Below are positions 17,756 through 28,461 of a DNA stretch of 37,318 bases, piece after piece. Origin of the DNA: a virus (lineage: Duplodnaviria; Caudoviricetes); IMG/VR virus record IMGVR_UViG_3300025502_000065, positions 1 to 37,318 of that record. The stretch is one strand, 5' to 3'. Under the pieces are notes generated by a model. That model saw nothing but the letters and a program-made list of their open reading frames with translations. It did not search any database and had not been told where the DNA came from. Numbering within the stretch: the stretch's first letter is position 1; each line of letters starts with the position of its first letter. A program made the position numbers and the translations under genes.

Positions 17756-18376
17756 ATGCCGACTCCAATCTCAGTTGCAAATACCGCTTTCCGCGAGGTA
17801 TCCGTTCAGGAAACGAAAAATCGCGGCGGCATGGATTCCGTTTCTATCCGATTGCGCGGGGCTGCATCTGCTCTAGCTGCCGCAAAAGCGACCTATCGGC
17901 GCGCCGGTCGATACGGATCGTATCGCACAATGGGAATTGAAACCATCGACTCAACCGAAAGCGGACCCGTTGCCGAGATCAACATTACCATACTTGGATT
18001 CATTGATACCATTGATTCGCAAAATGGAGTCGTCTCAATCACCGATGACATTTCAGCTCAGAGCGTCACGATCAACACTGACGACGACGAAAATATTACG
18101 TTTAATTATTTCGCTCAAAAGACATCGGTGAGATACATCAGCCGGACGGAACAATCCCCGCGAAATACGAAATACCCTGGTATTGTCCCGAGCGCCATCC
18201 CAACGGACACTTTGTTTCAACCTAACCCGCCAAAATACACGGGCAGCATTTCAGGCCGCTATAAACTGGTTGGCCGATTGATTTCATTTCAGCGGGAGCG
18301 TATTGCCGATAATGTTTGGGCGGTTGCCGAAACATGGTCCAACTTGATTGAGCCGGTGCAAGAAGTGGGAACATAA
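17756..18376 (+). CDS. Putative tail tip/distal tail protein
   Basis: Immediately downstream of the tape measure; beta-rich. Confidence 0.6.
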   Translation: MPTPISVANTAFREVSVQETKNRGGMDSVSIRLRGAASALAAAKATYRRAGRYGSYRTMGIETIDSTESGPVAEINITILGFIDTIDSQNGVVSITDDISAQSVTINTDDDENITFNYFAQKTSVRYISRTEQSPRNTKYPGIVPSAIPTDTLFQPNPPKYTGSISGRYKLVGRLISFQRERIADNVWAVAETWSNLIEPVQEVGT

Positions 18377-18984
18377 TGAAAGAAAAGCCAGTATTTAAAA
18401 GCGGTAATACGGCGATGGTCGCTGGGCTTAACTCCGTAGCCGATTACGCACGCGAACATGGAGTTAACCCCGGCGGCTCGCCCGGATGGTTGCAAACTCC
18501 TGATGGTTGGAAACCGCCATCAGTATTTATGGCAGCGAGTGTTGAAAGCCCTTGGGATCTGGTAGCGGGTGAAGATGAAGGAACTTTTAAACTCCGCGCC
18601 CCCGTGGTTGTAGCTGGAATCACGGACCTCGGAACCGTAATCGTAATAGACAACACGCCAATCACGCTTGAGTCCGATAAGTTTGTAGTCCTCAAAATTG
18701 ACGACGTTATAGCAGATCCATACACGTTTACACTCGCACTCAAGGAAGTAGACGAATCGGGCGGCCTTGAAGTTTACACATTTACCGACGACGACGAACT
18801 CGAAACAGCCAACCTCCCGCTCTATAAGCTGGCAGACGTATCTTCTGATGGCTCTGTTAGAGTGGGTGATTTCCACGCAATCAGTTATATTACACCGGGA
18901 ATCAAAGCGCTGGCATCTCATCAGGTGCTTATTCCTGATCGTCCCGCCAGTGCTTACGTGCCGCGACTGGTGCCCTTGACATGA
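18376..18984 (+). CDS. Putative tail protein
   Basis: Translationally coupled in the tail operon. Confidence 0.55.
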   Translation: MKEKPVFKSGNTAMVAGLNSVADYAREHGVNPGGSPGWLQTPDGWKPPSVFMAASVESPWDLVAGEDEGTFKLRAPVVVAGITDLGTVIVIDNTPITLESDKFVVLKIDDVIADPYTFTLALKEVDESGGLEVYTFTDDDELETANLPLYKLADVSSDGSVRVGDFHAISYITPGIKALASHQVLIPDRPASAYVPRLVPLT

Positions 18985-19775
18985 TAAGCGATTATTTACA
19001 CGGCGACTCAGGAGCGCAACAGGCGGAGGGAATCCATACGACCGTTCCAAGCGAGCTTGGCTTTTTTACTCTCACCCCTGATTCATATCGAGAAGGGGAC
19101 GATCCCAGTGATGATCCCGCCGAAAACTTTAAAACAATAACTCGCGTTTCTCCGCTATGGTTGCCGCCGCCGCTTGCGTCGAAGTTCCTTAAAACCTCAG
19201 TTTGGAATGTTAGTATAACAGTCACACCTACGGGCAGCGAGCCGGATTTCATTTCAGGAACTTTCGATTACGACATTATTGCAGGAACAACAAAGGAGCT
19301 TACGATCCAATCCGGCGTTACAATTAAGGACGAGGTGGTAAATGAGCCTGGATGGATTATTGGCCGTGAAGCTGTCGAGTCCTATGGCGGAACCTTCGGC
19401 GGCCTCAATCTTATAATCACTGAGCCTACTGGAGATGAGTTTAATCCGTTCTTTTCCTTTTACGGCTTGCAGGTTGCCGTGAGCTTAGGCAGATGGAAAC
19501 CGGCAAACAGATCAACGCGCCCGCCTGATGTAGGAGGAGCAAAGCCAAGGTGGAATAACCGGGAGGGATTAGATGAGGTCTGGATATGGGATCTTGGAGT
19601 AAGCGCCAATGTGGGATATTTCGGCCTCGGCGGAAGCATTAACCCCATATTTTCTACATCGGTTTTAAACTACGAGGGCGAAAAATCGGGCTATGTTAAT
19701 CCGCCATTCGACGATGCCGACAACGCGCATCTGCAAGTGACCGTTTCCCACGGCGCGTTTTTCGAGGAATTTTAA
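18981..19775 (+). CDS. Putative tail/baseplate protein
   Basis: ATGA-coupled, last gene of the block. Confidence 0.55.
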   Translation: MISDYLHGDSGAQQAEGIHTTVPSELGFFTLTPDSYREGDDPSDDPAENFKTITRVSPLWLPPPLASKFLKTSVWNVSITVTPTGSEPDFISGTFDYDIIAGTTKELTIQSGVTIKDEVVNEPGWIIGREAVESYGGTFGGLNLIITEPTGDEFNPFFSFYGLQVAVSLGRWKPANRSTRPPDVGGAKPRWNNREGLDEVWIWDLGVSANVGYFGLGGSINPIFSTSVLNYEGEKSGYVNPPFDDADNAHLQVTVSHGAFFEEF

Positions 19776-20035
19776 TTCTGATTCTCCGCTCGAATTGCGG
19801 GAATGTTAGGAATTGTCACGCCGGGATTTTCGCGGAGGTATTCAGCCCACGACTCGCGCTCCATGTTGTAGGTCCATGATTTCGACATGGCGCTTTTGAT
19901 TTCTCTCATCGTCGATTCCCATTCGGAAACAGTGCGAGCTAAAAAGAAAATACCTACGGTCATCGCGCATAAAATCGACAGTGAAATCGGCACGATGGCA
20001 TCTTTTGAAATTTCTGCAATTCGGTGAGTTGACAT
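19772..20035 (-). CDS. Single-TM protein with coiled coil (holin/antiholin-like?)
   Basis: IVPISLSILCAMTVGIFFLA followed by an amphipathic helix. Confidence 0.6.
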   Translation of the reverse strand: MSTHRIAEISKDAIVPISLSILCAMTVGIFFLARTVSEWESTMREIKSAMSKSWTYNMERESWAEYLRENPGVTIPNIPAIRAENQN

Positions 20036-20045
20036 AATGAAAGTG

Positions 20046-21605
20046 TTATGAGATTACGCGCCAGACGTTTTCTGAACTGCGCCAGATGTGAATAGGAACC
20101 GAGCCTGACGTGAGCACATAATCGGCGGACGCGGTGCCCGATGAGATTAGCGAGACGCCCCCCCCTCTGACGATAGTGACGCTGCCCGATGCAAGTCGGT
20201 TTGCAATCCAAAAATGAGAATTATCAGGCCATGACGCGGATGATTGCGGGGGAATGGTCAGGGAAGTCGCTGCGCTCACCGCCTCGATGTAATTGCCGTT
20301 ATGCGTCGCTACGCTGAGAGTCGCCACCGTGACCGGCGAGACTACCGCCAAGGGTAGCGCCGCGCTTGTCAGTGTGCCCGATGCGAGCGTAAGACCTGTG
20401 CCTACCGTGATCGCTTCGACCGCGCCAGTTGCCGCCGTCGATCTTCCCAAAATCCGCGCAGTTACCATCGTCGCGGTTGATGTCGTGATTAGCCCTATGT
20501 TAGTATTAAGGATGCCCGCGTCCAGCAATAGCCCCTCGCCAATCTGAATCTCCTCGGGCGCGCCAGCCGCCGCCGCAGTCCGGCCAAGAATGCGAGCGGT
20601 TGCCATCGTCAGCCCAGAAGCAGTAGCGGCCCCCGGTGCAACAAAGTCAGTTGCGGCCGTCGCCGTCCCGAGAACGCCAGCAGTTAACTTTGCAACGCCC
20701 GTTCCTGTCGCCTGCTTGAGCAGCTTCCCTGTGACGCCATCGAATAGTGCCGCGACCCCATCGACCGCCGATGCGATGCCAATAGCCGTATTTGGATTTA
20801 CTAGTGCATCACCCGCGAAGGGTCTGAGCTTCCATACTCGCTCATTTGTCGTGGCCGCGTAATCGTCAGGCCGAATGATCGTAGGCGAATCCTCGGCATC
20901 AGTGCCGCTTTCGAGTCGATACATTCTCACCCAATCATTGCCGACGTCATCGTCGTAAAAGGCGACGATGGTATCTAGTGAGCGCGCAACTGTCGCAATG
21001 GAATCGAGGTCTGCGGAAGTCCCGCCTAGCTTGCTTGTAACCGTGGGCAGCCATTCAATGCCCGCCGCCTTGAGCAGATATTGCGCCGCGTCATCGCCCG
21101 CTGCCGGAGTGCCCTCACTACCGGAAATGATGTCATGATAGAGCGTATAATTTACGGGCAGCACCGAGCTGCGCCATGAGCCGCTACCGCCCGGCTGGAA
21201 GGACAATTCAAAGCCGCACGACGCGCTTTCGATGTCGTTTTCATCGTCGCCGCTGAGACGTGCGAGGGCGGTATCAATCGGAACCGTGTTGAGGTTGAGA
21301 TAGCCAGTGTAGGTTTTTAGCACTGCGTCATTCGTCCATGACGAGTTTGCGGCAAGACTAACGCCATCAGAAAACGAGCCTGTCTCTTTGATCGCGCAGG
21401 TGATGACTGTCCCGCCGACGAGGTTTTCAGCCGTCCATGATCCAGATTGAATGATGGTTCCCGTTTCGATGGGATCAGATGATCGGCCAAATTGCAAAAC
21501 GATCTCTTGACCGTCGCCAGCCTTCCCGTCGAGTGACGAAAGAGCCGATGAACTGCCGGGGGATTGGACGAGGTAACCGAGGCGAATGTCATAGAAAAGT
21601 TTCAT
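20046..21605 (-). CDS. Tail fibre/receptor-binding protein
   Basis: Thr/Ala/Gly-rich; IIRPDDY motif; two M.TARILGR..A..GA.E.I..G.GL.L repeats; C-terminal beta domain. Confidence 0.75.
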   Translation of the reverse strand: MKLFYDIRLGYLVQSPGSSSALSSLDGKAGDGQEIVLQFGRSSDPIETGTIIQSGSWTAENLVGGTVITCAIKETGSFSDGVSLAANSSWTNDAVLKTYTGYLNLNTVPIDTALARLSGDDENDIESASCGFELSFQPGGSGSWRSSVLPVNYTLYHDIISGSEGTPAAGDDAAQYLLKAAGIEWLPTVTSKLGGTSADLDSIATVARSLDTIVAFYDDDVGNDWVRMYRLESGTDAEDSPTIIRPDDYAATTNERVWKLRPFAGDALVNPNTAIGIASAVDGVAALFDGVTGKLLKQATGTGVAKLTAGVLGTATAATDFVAPGAATASGLTMATARILGRTAAAAGAPEEIQIGEGLLLDAGILNTNIGLITTSTATMVTARILGRSTAATGAVEAITVGTGLTLASGTLTSAALPLAVVSPVTVATLSVATHNGNYIEAVSAATSLTIPPQSSASWPDNSHFWIANRLASGSVTIVRGGGVSLISSGTASADYVLTSGSVPIHIWRSSENVWRVIS

Positions 21606-21636
21606 ATTTTAAAAGTATTTGAGGTGGGCTCAATGC

Positions 21637-22923
21637 TTATGCAATTTTGGTAATTGACAGTTCGGCGTAGACCTCAGTTCCGAAGCTGGCCGCTAAACCG
21701 AGGCCGCTCGTCGCCTGAGTGATCTGGCATCTGTGTTCCAGTCGTATTGTTTTGGCCCCCGCCGTTACGATCATGCCGGACGCAATGGAAAGATTGGAAT
21801 TTGCACTGGGCCCCGACCTCGAAAAGGCGCATAAGCCTAGCGCGATGACTGATGAATCGGTAACATTGTAGATCCTGGCTTGATGCCTGTTTACGCTATA
21901 GCCAACCGCGGACGCCCTCAAAAGGTAGGTGCCTGCCGCCGCAAGAACGATATTATTCCCGGAAAGCGACGCGATTGCGTCGGGATCAAAAGTCTCCGTA
22001 TTCAGCGCCCGCGTTCGCCATGCGCCGCTTGTGAAGGTGCCTCCGTCGGTTCCGCTGGCTAGCTGATGTTGGTATATCGCCGCCTTTGTGCTTGCGCCCG
22101 TCGCGCCCGTCGCGCCCGTCGCGCCTGTCGGCCCCGTCGCGCCTGTCGGCCCCGTCGCGCCCGTCGCGCCCGTCGCGCCCGTCGGCCCCGTCGGCCCCGT
22201 TGGTCCCGTTGGTCCCTCCGGACCAGTCGCTCCCGCTGGTCCTGTTGCGCCAGTGTCGCCGGTTGCCCCCGCGCTTCCCGTCGGCCCCGTTGGTCCCGTT
22301 GGTCCCGTTGGTCCCTCCGGACCAGTCGCTCCCGCTGGTCCTGTTGCGCCAGTGTCGCCGGTTGCCCCCGCGCTTCCCGTTGGTCCCGTTGGTCCCGTTG
22401 GTCCTGCGACGGTTGAGGCTGCCCCTGTTGGCCCCGTCGCGCCAGTCGCTCCCGCTGGTCCTGCCGGACTGACTGACGCCCCCGATACCGCGACATTAAT
22501 AAGAGCGACAGCAGATACAGCTACTGAAAATTCCGCGTTAGCTTCAATGGTTGTGTCGAAATCCCCCACGTTTTCAATCCATTCAATTTCCCCTTGGTTG
22601 CGGAGGACGATATTGGCTCCGTCGTAAACGGTGATTGAGTAACCCGTCGATAATCCGGCTGTTGCGATTGAAAAGGCGTTTCCGTCGTCGTCGGTGTTTA
22701 CAGGGCTGATATTAAAAGAGATGTTGTCTGAGTTTACGGTAATTGTTGAATCCGTCCATGTCCTCGGGCGCGTCTTCCTTGAGTTTTGATTTTTGGCCGC
22801 GAGAACGGCAGTAAATCCCGTCAAATCAATGCCCGTAAATGTAAACGTCGCGCCGAAATTAGAGCCAATCGGGAGGCGTAAATCGGGAATCCTCCCAAGT
22901 CTAAAGTCGATTGTTTCGCTCAT
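21637..22923 (-). CDS. Collagen-like (Gly-X-Y) fibre protein
   Basis: Long GPT/GAT triplet run; C-terminal [15 protein letters not shown]...EVYA domain. Confidence 0.88.
   Translation of the reverse strand: MSETIDFRLGRIPDLRLPIGSNFGATFTFTGIDLTGFTAVLAAKNQNSRKTRPRTWTDSTITVNSDNISFNISPVNTDDDGNAFSIATAGLSTGYSITVYDGANIVLRNQGEIEWIENVGDFDTTIEANAEFSVAVSAVALINVAVSGASVSPAGPAGATGATGPTGAASTVAGPTGPTGPTGSAGATGDTGATGPAGATGPEGPTGPTGPTGPTGSAGATGDTGATGPAGATGPEGPTGPTGPTGPTGATGATGATGPTGATGPTGATGATGATGASTKAAIYQHQLASGTDGGTFTSGAWRTRALNTETFDPDAIASLSGNNIVLAAAGTYLLRASAVGYSVNRHQARIYNVTDSSVIALGLCAFSRSGPSANSNLSIASGMIVTAGAKTIRLEHRCQITQATSGLGLAASFGTEVYAELSITKIA
22094..22465. repeat. Collagen-coding 9-bp repeats with a 99-bp internal duplication
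   Basis: (gcgcccgtc)n, (ggtcccgtt)n; tccctccggaccagtcgctcccg recurs 99 bp apart. Confidence 0.9.
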
Positions 22924-22928
22924 GAAAT

Positions 22929-23489
22929 TTAGGTAGCTGCCATGATTCCAAAATCAATTAATGCCTGCCTCAATGCGTTTGCTAGCGCTTGGGTAGACGC
23001 GGCGTCTGTCGCTGCGGCAGAATTGGCAACCTGGATTCCAGACACTCCGTTAATCGCTACGGCTACCGCGAGCGTGTCCGCTACAGCTACTGAAAATGCC
23101 GTAGCCGCCGCCGTAGTCGTGGTAAAATCGCCAACCTCGGGAATCCATTCGATCTCACCTTGCATCCGCATCACGATGACGCCAGCTTCAAACACAGTCA
23201 GGCTGTAACCCGTTGAGAATCCCGCCGTAGTCACATCGAAGGCTACGGAATCATCATCGACAGTCGCTGGCGCAATGTCAAAAGAGATTGCAGCAGCCCC
23301 AACGGTGATCCCTGATTTTGACCAGAGAACCGGGCGCGCCTTGCGGGAAAGTTGATTTTGAGCCGCGAGCGTTGCCGTGTAACCCGTCAAATCAATACCC
23401 GTAAATGTAAACGCGGCGGAAAAGTTCGCCCCAATCGGAAGGCGAATGTCAGGGACTCGCCCAAGTCTGAAGTCGATTGTTTCGGCCAT
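22929..23489 (-). CDS. Virion protein, paralog of the N-domain of 21637..22923
   Basis: Shared [29 protein letters not shown] and QGEIEWI..VGDF. Confidence 0.85.
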   Translation of the reverse strand: MAETIDFRLGRVPDIRLPIGANFSAAFTFTGIDLTGYTATLAAQNQLSRKARPVLWSKSGITVGAAAISFDIAPATVDDDSVAFDVTTAGFSTGYSLTVFEAGVIVMRMQGEIEWIPEVGDFTTTTAAATAFSVAVADTLAVAVAINGVSGIQVANSAAATDAASTQALANALRQALIDFGIMAAT

Positions 23490-23523
23490 GCCCTAACAAG
23501 CCCCTAAAATAAGCCGATTTCAA
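23490..23523 (-). promoter_or_regulatory. Conserved late promoter motif (fibre operon)
   Basis: TTGAAA tcggcttattttagggg CTTGTT agggc ATG. Confidence 0.72.
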
Positions 23524-23535
23524 GGAGCGTTTCAC

Positions 23536-23570
23536 TTGATTTTCAGAAAGTGCCTCGTTAGGTTTGATTC
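23536..23570 (+). promoter_or_regulatory. Leaderless sigma70-like promoter for the terminase operon
   Basis: TTGATT-17 nt-TAGGTT-6 nt-ATG. Confidence 0.6.
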
Positions 23571-24536
23571 ATGCGCCTAACATTTGACAAATTCGGGAGG
23601 ATCAGCGATATGCCGCCCTCGATTATCCTCGGTGATTCCATTGATCTTGAGTTGATCGGGAAGGACTTGGCGCTTGATGCTGCCGATTCTTACCGCATTG
23701 TTTTGGCGCTGAAAGAGGCTATCCCGATCACGGTAGGCCGCATTACATTGGGCTTCGGCGCTGGATCGGCATCGTTTCGAGCAGATCAGGCCGGGGCTTG
23801 GACGATCTCGCAGGCCCTGAACGACCTCGATGCAGTCAGCAGCGAGGGAGGCGTGACCGTGACAGGCAAGAATGGGCTGTATCAGGTCGCATTTGTTGCC
23901 GTAGGTGCGCGGGATGCAATCACCGTCTCACATTCCGCTATCGGGACACTCGCGAGCCGGTGCAGGACGGTCGTTGCGGGATCTGCGGGCGCGAAGGCAG
24001 TCTTTGAACTTGATCTAACCGTTCAGACGCTCGCCGAGGATTCGGTATTTACCTCCATTCCCGCCCAAACGGCAACGGTTGAAGCGATTTCCACGGGCTC
24101 GGTGTCTGCGTTTCAGGTTGATCGGATTGCGATCTCAGATGTTTCGGCGGGCGGAATGTTCCGCATCGCAGTCAGCGCCGGAGTCACTACGGTTTGGATG
24201 CCTGTCGGGATTTCGTCATATCGGCTTGAGCTTGAGCTTGACGCAATCTCGGAAGGATCTTTTCTGGTATCGCGCACGGCAACGGCTGAATCCGTGGCCT
24301 TTGATCTTGCGCGGACCTCGATGGGTGTAAATGCCCCGCCGACGGTTCAATCCAATTTTCCCGCTAGGCCGGGTATTGCCGTCACTCTTGAAACCGGCCT
24401 GACAAAGCCGCTAATCGCCCTGACCGATGCCGCCGCGCACGTTGCGATCTTGCTTTTCGTAACGCCTACCGAAACGCTATTCGCGCAGGAGGTTGCGCTC
24501 TCGCCGACCATTGCCGACCATCCTGCGGCCCTGTGA
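23571..24536 (+). CDS. Putative virion structural protein
   Basis: 321 aa, beta-rich; ISQALNDL.....GGVTVTG.NG.Y.V.F motif; coupled to terL. Confidence 0.65.
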   Translation: MRLTFDKFGRISDMPPSIILGDSIDLELIGKDLALDAADSYRIVLALKEAIPITVGRITLGFGAGSASFRADQAGAWTISQALNDLDAVSSEGGVTVTGKNGLYQVAFVAVGARDAITVSHSAIGTLASRCRTVVAGSAGAKAVFELDLTVQTLAEDSVFTSIPAQTATVEAISTGSVSAFQVDRIAISDVSAGGMFRIAVSAGVTTVWMPVGISSYRLELELDAISEGSFLVSRTATAESVAFDLARTSMGVNAPPTVQSNFPARPGIAVTLETGLTKPLIALTDAAAHVAILLFVTPTETLFAQEVALSPTIADHPAAL

Positions 24537-26419
24537 TGTCCGCAATTTCCGCCCTTGCTCGATACCGCAAAGAGAGCGCCCGCTATCTGTTGCAGCTCTG
24601 CCGGTTCAAGAAAACCCTGAACTGCGAGGAGTGGAGCGAATCAGTTCGCCGCATGGAGGGAGGCGGGCGGTATCGCCTATCATTCGCTCCGTATCAGCGG
24701 GAAATGATGCGGACCCCGTTTGATCCGAATGTTCAGATGACGGTATTCATGATGCCGTCTCGATCCGGTAAAACGGAAGTCATCATGAACATTATCGGGC
24801 ACGCCATTGATGAATCGAAACGGAAAATCCTTGTGACTTACCCGACCATCGGAGCCGCTGAGAAGTGGAGCAAGGAAACCTTTATGACCGGCCTGATTCG
24901 ATGCACGGAGTCGCTCGATAGGGTTTTAGGTGACGGCGAGGGCAGGCGGAAAAGCTCAAACACGATTCTTCACAAGATGTTCCCAGGGGGACTTTTAAAC
25001 GTATTCGGCGCGAATGTCCCGACCGAAATGCGACGGGCGAAAGGCAATCTTCTGATCGCAGACGAGGTTGACGCATTTAAAAACACGGATGAAGGCGACC
25101 CGCTGAAAATCTTATGGGTTCGCGGGACGGAATACCCTGACACTGTGAAAATAGCAGCGTCATACCCGAGCCTAAAGGGATCTTCGCGGATTGAAGACAT
25201 GATGCTCCAAAGCGATTATCGCGTGATGAAATACCCGTGCCCTCATTGCTCCGAGTGGTTCGTGATGCATCGCAATCAGATACGATACCAGAGGGATGCG
25301 CCGGAAGACGCATACATGGAGTGCCCGTCTAACGGATGCAAAATCACGGACGCTGAACGGCGCTCGCTCGTGTTGTCTCATGACAAATGGACCCCGACGC
25401 GGCCATTTACAGGCATTGCGGGGTTTCACGCGTCAGGAATGACCTCACCGCACCCCGTTCAAAAGGGTTTCAAGAGCCACCTTCATTACGTGGCGCAACT
25501 TGAGATTGATGCCGAGATGGCGGAAAACCGCGAGATGGCTATTCAGGTTTTGGTCAATACCTTTGACGCTGAGACATACCAAGCGCCCGAGGAGGAGAAG
25601 CCGAGCCCCGAGGGTATTGCCATGGAGGCTTACGATTTCCTCTCACGCGCCCACGACGGGGCCCTGCTCATTCCCGATAGTTGCATCATGGTCACCTTCG
25701 GCGGAGACGTTCAAGGTGACCGCGTAGAGCTTGAATTTGTCGGGCATGGCATCGACAACCAGACTTTCGGGCTTGGCTATCACGTTCTTTCTGGAAAGCC
25801 CACGGAAAACGCGGTGTGGAATGCCGTCGATAAGCTCGTTGAAGGGTCAGTCTTTCGGCATCCGTCAGGGAAAGATTTAAAGGCTGTGCGCGGGTTCATC
25901 GACTCGAAATACAAGACCGACTTTGTGCGAGCGTTTACCAGAGCCAGAAAGGCCCGTGGTATTTTTGCAATCTACGGATCAACGGTTCTTTCAAAGCCGA
26001 TTGTCTCACCCGCTAAAAAGATGGCAGGCGTCACTGTTTACGAAATCGGGACGCATGAAGCCAAGTCCCTGATTTATCAAAACGCCAATCTGAGATGGGA
26101 CAAGAAAGGCGACGCCCCGCCTGGGTATCCCCATTATCCCTTTGGGTTCGGATACACGCCGGAATATTTCAAGATGCTCCTCTGCGAGGATGTCGAAATG
26201 AAGAAAGGGCAGGATGGGAACTTTTACCAGTTTTTCTCAAACCCTAACAGATTGCGAAACGAGCCGCTCGATGTGCGGGGTTACGCGATGGCCGCAGCCC
26301 GATCTCTCAATCCAAATTATGCCAAGATCGCGCAAAACCTCGCGGGAAATACCCCTGAAAAGGCCGTAAAAGACTACCAATTAGATAAAACTCCCCGCAA
26401 TTTCGTCACGGATGCCTAA
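24536..26419 (+). CDS. terL: Terminase large subunit, lambda GpA family
   Basis: PYQRE; SRSGKT; DEVD; CPHC...CP..GC; GGDVQGDR; RNEPLD. Confidence 0.96.
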   Translation: MSAISALARYRKESARYLLQLCRFKKTLNCEEWSESVRRMEGGGRYRLSFAPYQREMMRTPFDPNVQMTVFMMPSRSGKTEVIMNIIGHAIDESKRKILVTYPTIGAAEKWSKETFMTGLIRCTESLDRVLGDGEGRRKSSNTILHKMFPGGLLNVFGANVPTEMRRAKGNLLIADEVDAFKNTDEGDPLKILWVRGTEYPDTVKIAASYPSLKGSSRIEDMMLQSDYRVMKYPCPHCSEWFVMHRNQIRYQRDAPEDAYMECPSNGCKITDAERRSLVLSHDKWTPTRPFTGIAGFHASGMTSPHPVQKGFKSHLHYVAQLEIDAEMAENREMAIQVLVNTFDAETYQAPEEEKPSPEGIAMEAYDFLSRAHDGALLIPDSCIMVTFGGDVQGDRVELEFVGHGIDNQTFGLGYHVLSGKPTENAVWNAVDKLVEGSVFRHPSGKDLKAVRGFIDSKYKTDFVRAFTRARKARGIFAIYGSTVLSKPIVSPAKKMAGVTVYEIGTHEAKSLIYQNANLRWDKKGDAPPGYPHYPFGFGYTPEYFKMLLCEDVEMKKGQDGNFYQFFSNPNRLRNEPLDVRGYAMAAARSLNPNYAKIAQNLAGNTPEKAVKDYQLDKTPRNFVTDA

Positions 26420-26427
26420 TAATAGGT

Positions 26428-26461
26428 TTGAAATGCCGATATATTAGGGCTTTGCTAGGCC
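26428..26461 (+). promoter_or_regulatory. Conserved late promoter motif (gpW-portal-terS)
   Basis: TTGAAA tgccgatatattagggc TTTGCT aggcc ATG. Confidence 0.72.
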
Positions 26462-26995
26462 ATGAGCATTCCCTCAACGGCTTACCTTGGCGATACCCTG
26501 ACATGGCGCGAAACTTTCGCAACGGGATCAAACGGAAAAGGCGTCTTGCGTCATATCGAATCCGGCGATGTCGTCGCAGTTGAGGCGGTTGTAGATGGCG
26601 CAAGTTGGAATCTCGACATTGCCGGATCACTTACTGATGGGATGCCGTCAGGGGCTTATTCCGCGTCGGTTGTCATCGACCTCGGAGCCACAAGGGAAAC
26701 CCGTCTCATCGGGTCTATCGTCATGCGCCCGCCCGTGTCCCGCCCCATAGAAGAGTCTCACGCTCGGAGGATGGTGAAGATGTTGGAAGCTCACCTTGAG
26801 GGGCGAATCAGTGACGACGAGGGGCGCGGCATCGAAAGCTACACCATCGGAAACGTCCCTATCACGAAGATCCCCATCCCGCAGGCAAAGGAACTGCTCG
26901 CCATGTATCGCGTCGATTTAAAGCGCGAGATCGCCGCCGCTCGTCTCGATGCCGGGCTCGGAACCGGGAGAATGGTTTACCCAACGTTTGAATAA
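26462..26995 (+). CDS. Head-tail joining protein (gpW-like C-domain with N-terminal extension)
   Basis: GDTLTW; SHARRM...LEA; SYTIG....K; sits between terL and portal. Confidence 0.75.
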   Translation: MSIPSTAYLGDTLTWRETFATGSNGKGVLRHIESGDVVAVEAVVDGASWNLDIAGSLTDGMPSGAYSASVVIDLGATRETRLIGSIVMRPPVSRPIEESHARRMVKMLEAHLEGRISDDEGRGIESYTIGNVPITKIPIPQAKELLAMYRVDLKREIAAARLDAGLGTGRMVYPTFE

Positions 26996-26997
26996 TT

Positions 26998-28452
26998 ATG
27001 ATACTCGACCAACACGGAAACCCCGCCACATCCGGAAAGCGGAATTTTGAGGCGGCGAAAGCCACTCGATATACTGCCGATTGGCTCGCCACATCCGGCC
27101 CCGCCGACAAGATCGGAAAACAGGATATTGCCTCTCTTCGCGACCGCGCACGGGATAGCGAGCGTAACGACGGCTACGTCGAGGGCATCCTGACTGAGCT
27201 AGAAAGCAACATCGTCGGTGAGCACGGAATTGGCGTAAAGTCCATGTGCCGAAAGGCTGATGGCCGAAACAAAGGCGGGGTTGCCGACAAGCTCGACGTG
27301 ACCGCGTGCGCGAAGGTCGATCAAGCATACGAGGAGTTTTCAAAGCGTGGAAAGTTTGACGTGACCCGCCAATATTCCCGCGCGATGCTTGCCCGTGCCA
27401 CTGTGCGAGCCGTTGCCCGTGATGGCGGGGGATTGTCGCGTCTTGTTGAAGGTATCGACAAAAACGAGTTTGGATTTATGGTGCAGGCTCTTGAGATTGA
27501 CGCGCTGAACCCGCGCACGAATGACCCGGCGAAACGAATCCACATGGGAATCGAATACGACGAATGGGATGAGCCTGTAGCCTACCATCTCGATAAACTC
27601 GACCCGCGAGGCGCGATTTACGCCCGCCATGAGACGTTCTCGGTGCCAGCCGATAACCTGTGCCACTTATTCCTTTCCAAGCGAGTATCGCAGTCTCAGG
27701 GCTTCTCGTGGCTCGCCCCCGTGCTGCTCAGGTTGCGCCACCTCGGGAAGTATGAGGAATCTGAAGTCATCGCGGCCCGCGTGTCGTCAAACAAGCTCGG
27801 GTTTTTCGAGACTACGGGCGATTCGGAATACACCGGCGCCGATGACGGGCGAGGAAATATCCTCGCGCCATCTTCGCCCGGCGCTTTCGAAACTCTGCCC
27901 GCAGGCGTGACGGCAAAAATGATTGATCCCGCACACCCTAACGCGGATTACCCAGATTTTAGAAAGGCCATTTTGCGAGGTGTTAGTGCGGGAATTTATT
28001 TGAACTATAATACGCTCGCAAAAGACTTGGAGGGGGTGTCATACTCATCGATCAGGCAGGGGACTCTTTCGGAGCGCGATACGTGGCGGATGATCTGCAA
28101 ATGGTTCATTGAATGCCACGAGATGCCGATCCGGTCCCGCTGGCTTCGCATGGCGCTGCTGATGAATCAGATTGACGGCTATTCTATTGCCGACTATGAG
28201 CGGCTGAATCACGCTGAATTTTCCGGCCGAACCTGGGATTGGGTTGATCCTCTCAATGACATTAAAACCGCCGTCGCAGAGGTTCAACTCGGGATCACGT
28301 CGAGACAGGACATTTGCCGGAAGAAAGGCAAGACCTTTGAAAAGATCGTAGCTCAAAATGAGGTTGATATTGCCCTTCTGGAAAGTGCCGGGTTGCCATC
28401 GGACCCGACAGGAGCGCCGAAACTCGCGCCGCCCGTAACAAACGCCGAATAA
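26998..28452 (+). CDS. Portal protein, lambda family
   Basis: LRDRARD..RND; GIEYD....PVAYH; Q.QGFSW.AP; SYSSIR; WDWVDP. Confidence 0.96.
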   Translation: MILDQHGNPATSGKRNFEAAKATRYTADWLATSGPADKIGKQDIASLRDRARDSERNDGYVEGILTELESNIVGEHGIGVKSMCRKADGRNKGGVADKLDVTACAKVDQAYEEFSKRGKFDVTRQYSRAMLARATVRAVARDGGGLSRLVEGIDKNEFGFMVQALEIDALNPRTNDPAKRIHMGIEYDEWDEPVAYHLDKLDPRGAIYARHETFSVPADNLCHLFLSKRVSQSQGFSWLAPVLLRLRHLGKYEESEVIAARVSSNKLGFFETTGDSEYTGADDGRGNILAPSSPGAFETLPAGVTAKMIDPAHPNADYPDFRKAILRGVSAGIYLNYNTLAKDLEGVSYSSIRQGTLSERDTWRMICKWFIECHEMPIRSRWLRMALLMNQIDGYSIADYERLNHAEFSGRTWDWVDPLNDIKTAVAEVQLGITSRQDICRKKGKTFEKIVAQNEVDIALLESAGLPSDPTGAPKLAPPVTNAE

Positions 28453-28461
28453 GGAGGGCTG

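Noticed and set aside
22059-22627. Arg-rich and Pro/Val-rich ORFs overlapping the collagen gene
   Set aside because: Alternate-frame and antisense shadows of the Gly-X-Y repeat
20046-23489. Diversity-generating retroelement (prompted by the BPP-1-like head and paralogous fibre genes)
   Set aside because: No reverse transcriptase and no TR/VR pair with adenine-specific differences; similarity is at 5' ends
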